A stretch of 61,741 bases of DNA from Casimicrobiaceae bacterium (GTDB taxonomy: Bacteria; Pseudomonadota; Gammaproteobacteria; Burkholderiales; Casimicrobiaceae), in the NCBI GenBank assembly GCA_035252665.1, contig DATFCW010000498.1:1-61741 (forward strand), written 5' to 3'. Each line of letters starts with the position of its first letter. Within the stretch, counting starts at the first letter, position 1. The notes beneath the pieces were generated by a model. It did not search any database, was not told the DNA's origin, and was given only the letters and a program-made list of their open reading frames with translations. A program made the position numbers and the translations under genes. Below, piece by piece: positions 60,724-61,741 of this stretch.

Positions 60724-61741
60724 TCAGGCAAAAAGGCCGTGCATGAACCATTCGCCGTCGTCGGTTCCATAGCGATGATCGCGATAGATCCATACGATCT
60801 CGCCGTCGGGGTTCTCGGCGACGAAATAATCGCGGCGATAGTCGCGGCCGTCCCACCAGCCCGATTCGATGCGCTCGGGACCGTCGCGCAGCGTCCAGGG
60901 ACTCGTTTCCAGAAGTGCGGCGAGCGGTCGCGCTTCGTCGAGCAGCCAGATCGGCCGAGGCGGATCGTTTGCGTTCGAAGTGGCATGCAGCTTGATGTTT
61001 TTCGAGTGGCGCGATGGCGTCGCGCCATGGCGTGACCGTGAATTCGCGGAAACCGCCTGCATTTCGCTTGCCGCGTGCTCGGGCCGGTGCTCCTCCTGCG
61101 TTGCGAGCACGGCGACCGCGCGATCGCCGAGGCGCGCGCGCAGGCGATCGACGAGCGGAACGACGACGCCTTCGGCGACATCCTCGGGTAGCAGGCCGAG
61201 ATTGCGTCCGGCAAGTGGCATCGTCTCGTCGCTCGCGAGCACGATAGCTTCCACTGATGCGGGCAGGGCGAGGCGCGCGAGCCGCTCGCGCAGCACGCCG
61301 ATCAGGTGCGCGGGCTCGCGTGCAGGCGAGCCGAGCGCGAACGATGCGATCGTCGGCGGCGTTCCGCGCTCGCGAACGTAGCGCTCATGGATCAGCGACA
61401 GCGACATGCGCACGACGCCAAGCCCGCGCGCGAGCAGCCATTGCGCGAGGTCGCCGACGAGACGATTCACGGCGAATCCGAGGGCTTCGACGGTGTCGAT
61501 CGGCGCGGGCAGCGAAAGCTTGCGCTCGAAATGCGGCGCCGGGATGTACGGCGCGCGCGGGTCGGCGGCGAGTCCGAGCGCGCGATCGAGCATGTCGACG
61601 ACGCCCGGCGCGAAGCGTCGCGCAAGTCCCGCACGTGGGAGCGACTGCGCGGCGCCGAACGTCGTGATGCCCGCGGACTTCAGCGTCGCGAGCGTGTCGG
61701 CGTCGACATCGAGCAGCGCGAGCGGCAAAGGTGCGAGCTCG
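60724..61741 (-). CDS. imuB: ImuB, inactive Y-family polymerase homolog (5' partial)
   Basis: LPRAGLARRF, LVDRLRARLG, HRPE, RPIWLL, GPERIESGWWD, RDYF, WFMHGLFA. Confidence 0.92.
   Translation of the reverse strand, partial: ELAPLPLALLDVDADTLATLKSAGITTFGAAQSLPRAGLARRFAPGVVDMLDRALGLAADPRAPYIPAPHFERKLSLPAPIDTVEALGFAVNRLVGDLAQWLLARGLGVVRMSLSLIHERYVRERGTPPTIASFALGSPAREPAHLIGVLRERLARLALPASVEAIVLASDETMPLAGRNLGLLPEDVAEGVVVPLVDRLRARLGDRAVAVLATQEEHRPEHAASEMQAVSANSRSRHGATPSRHSKNIKLHATSNANDPPRPIWLLDEARPLAALLETSPWTLRDGPERIESGWWDGRDYRRDYFVAENPDGEIVWIYRDHRYGTDDGEWFMHGLFA

Overview
High-GC, gene-dense chromosomal segment, most consistent with a betaproteobacterium (Burkholderiales/Rhodocyclales-like). I found no rRNA, tRNA, CRISPR array, integrase or transposase. 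From left to right: (1) a sulfolactate catabolic operon (suyB 3' end, NitT/TauT ABC transporter with a serine-racemase-like PLP enzyme inside it, slcC, comC), then a GAF-GGDEF-EAL gene and an MFS transporter; (2) an SBP56/methanethiol-oxidase-family gene with a His-rich membrane partner; (3) a C1 cluster with glutathione-dependent formaldehyde oxidation (frmA-gfa-fghA) divergent from xoxF-xoxG-xoxJ, two TonB receptors (one PqqU/YncD-like), a beta-propeller, cytochrome b561, an ankyrin protein, a second D-x-D-type PQQ dehydrogenase and cytochrome c4; (4) DUF4398/OmpA, form II coxSLM with coxD/E/G and xdhC, and hmgA-fahA; (5) dnaE2, about 16 kb from imuB, with the interval holding an M14 peptidase, an atypical asparaginase plus polar amino-acid ABC transporter plus SelA-like PLP enzyme, AcpA, an MFS transporter, FNR-box-controlled nnrS, a HlyD remnant and a Mo-oxidoreductase/cytochrome b pair. 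At least three small repeat families are present. One forms a mini-ORF overlapping both the upstream stop and the downstream start codon (a possible translational bridge). All functional calls come from motifs recognised by eye; no searches were run.
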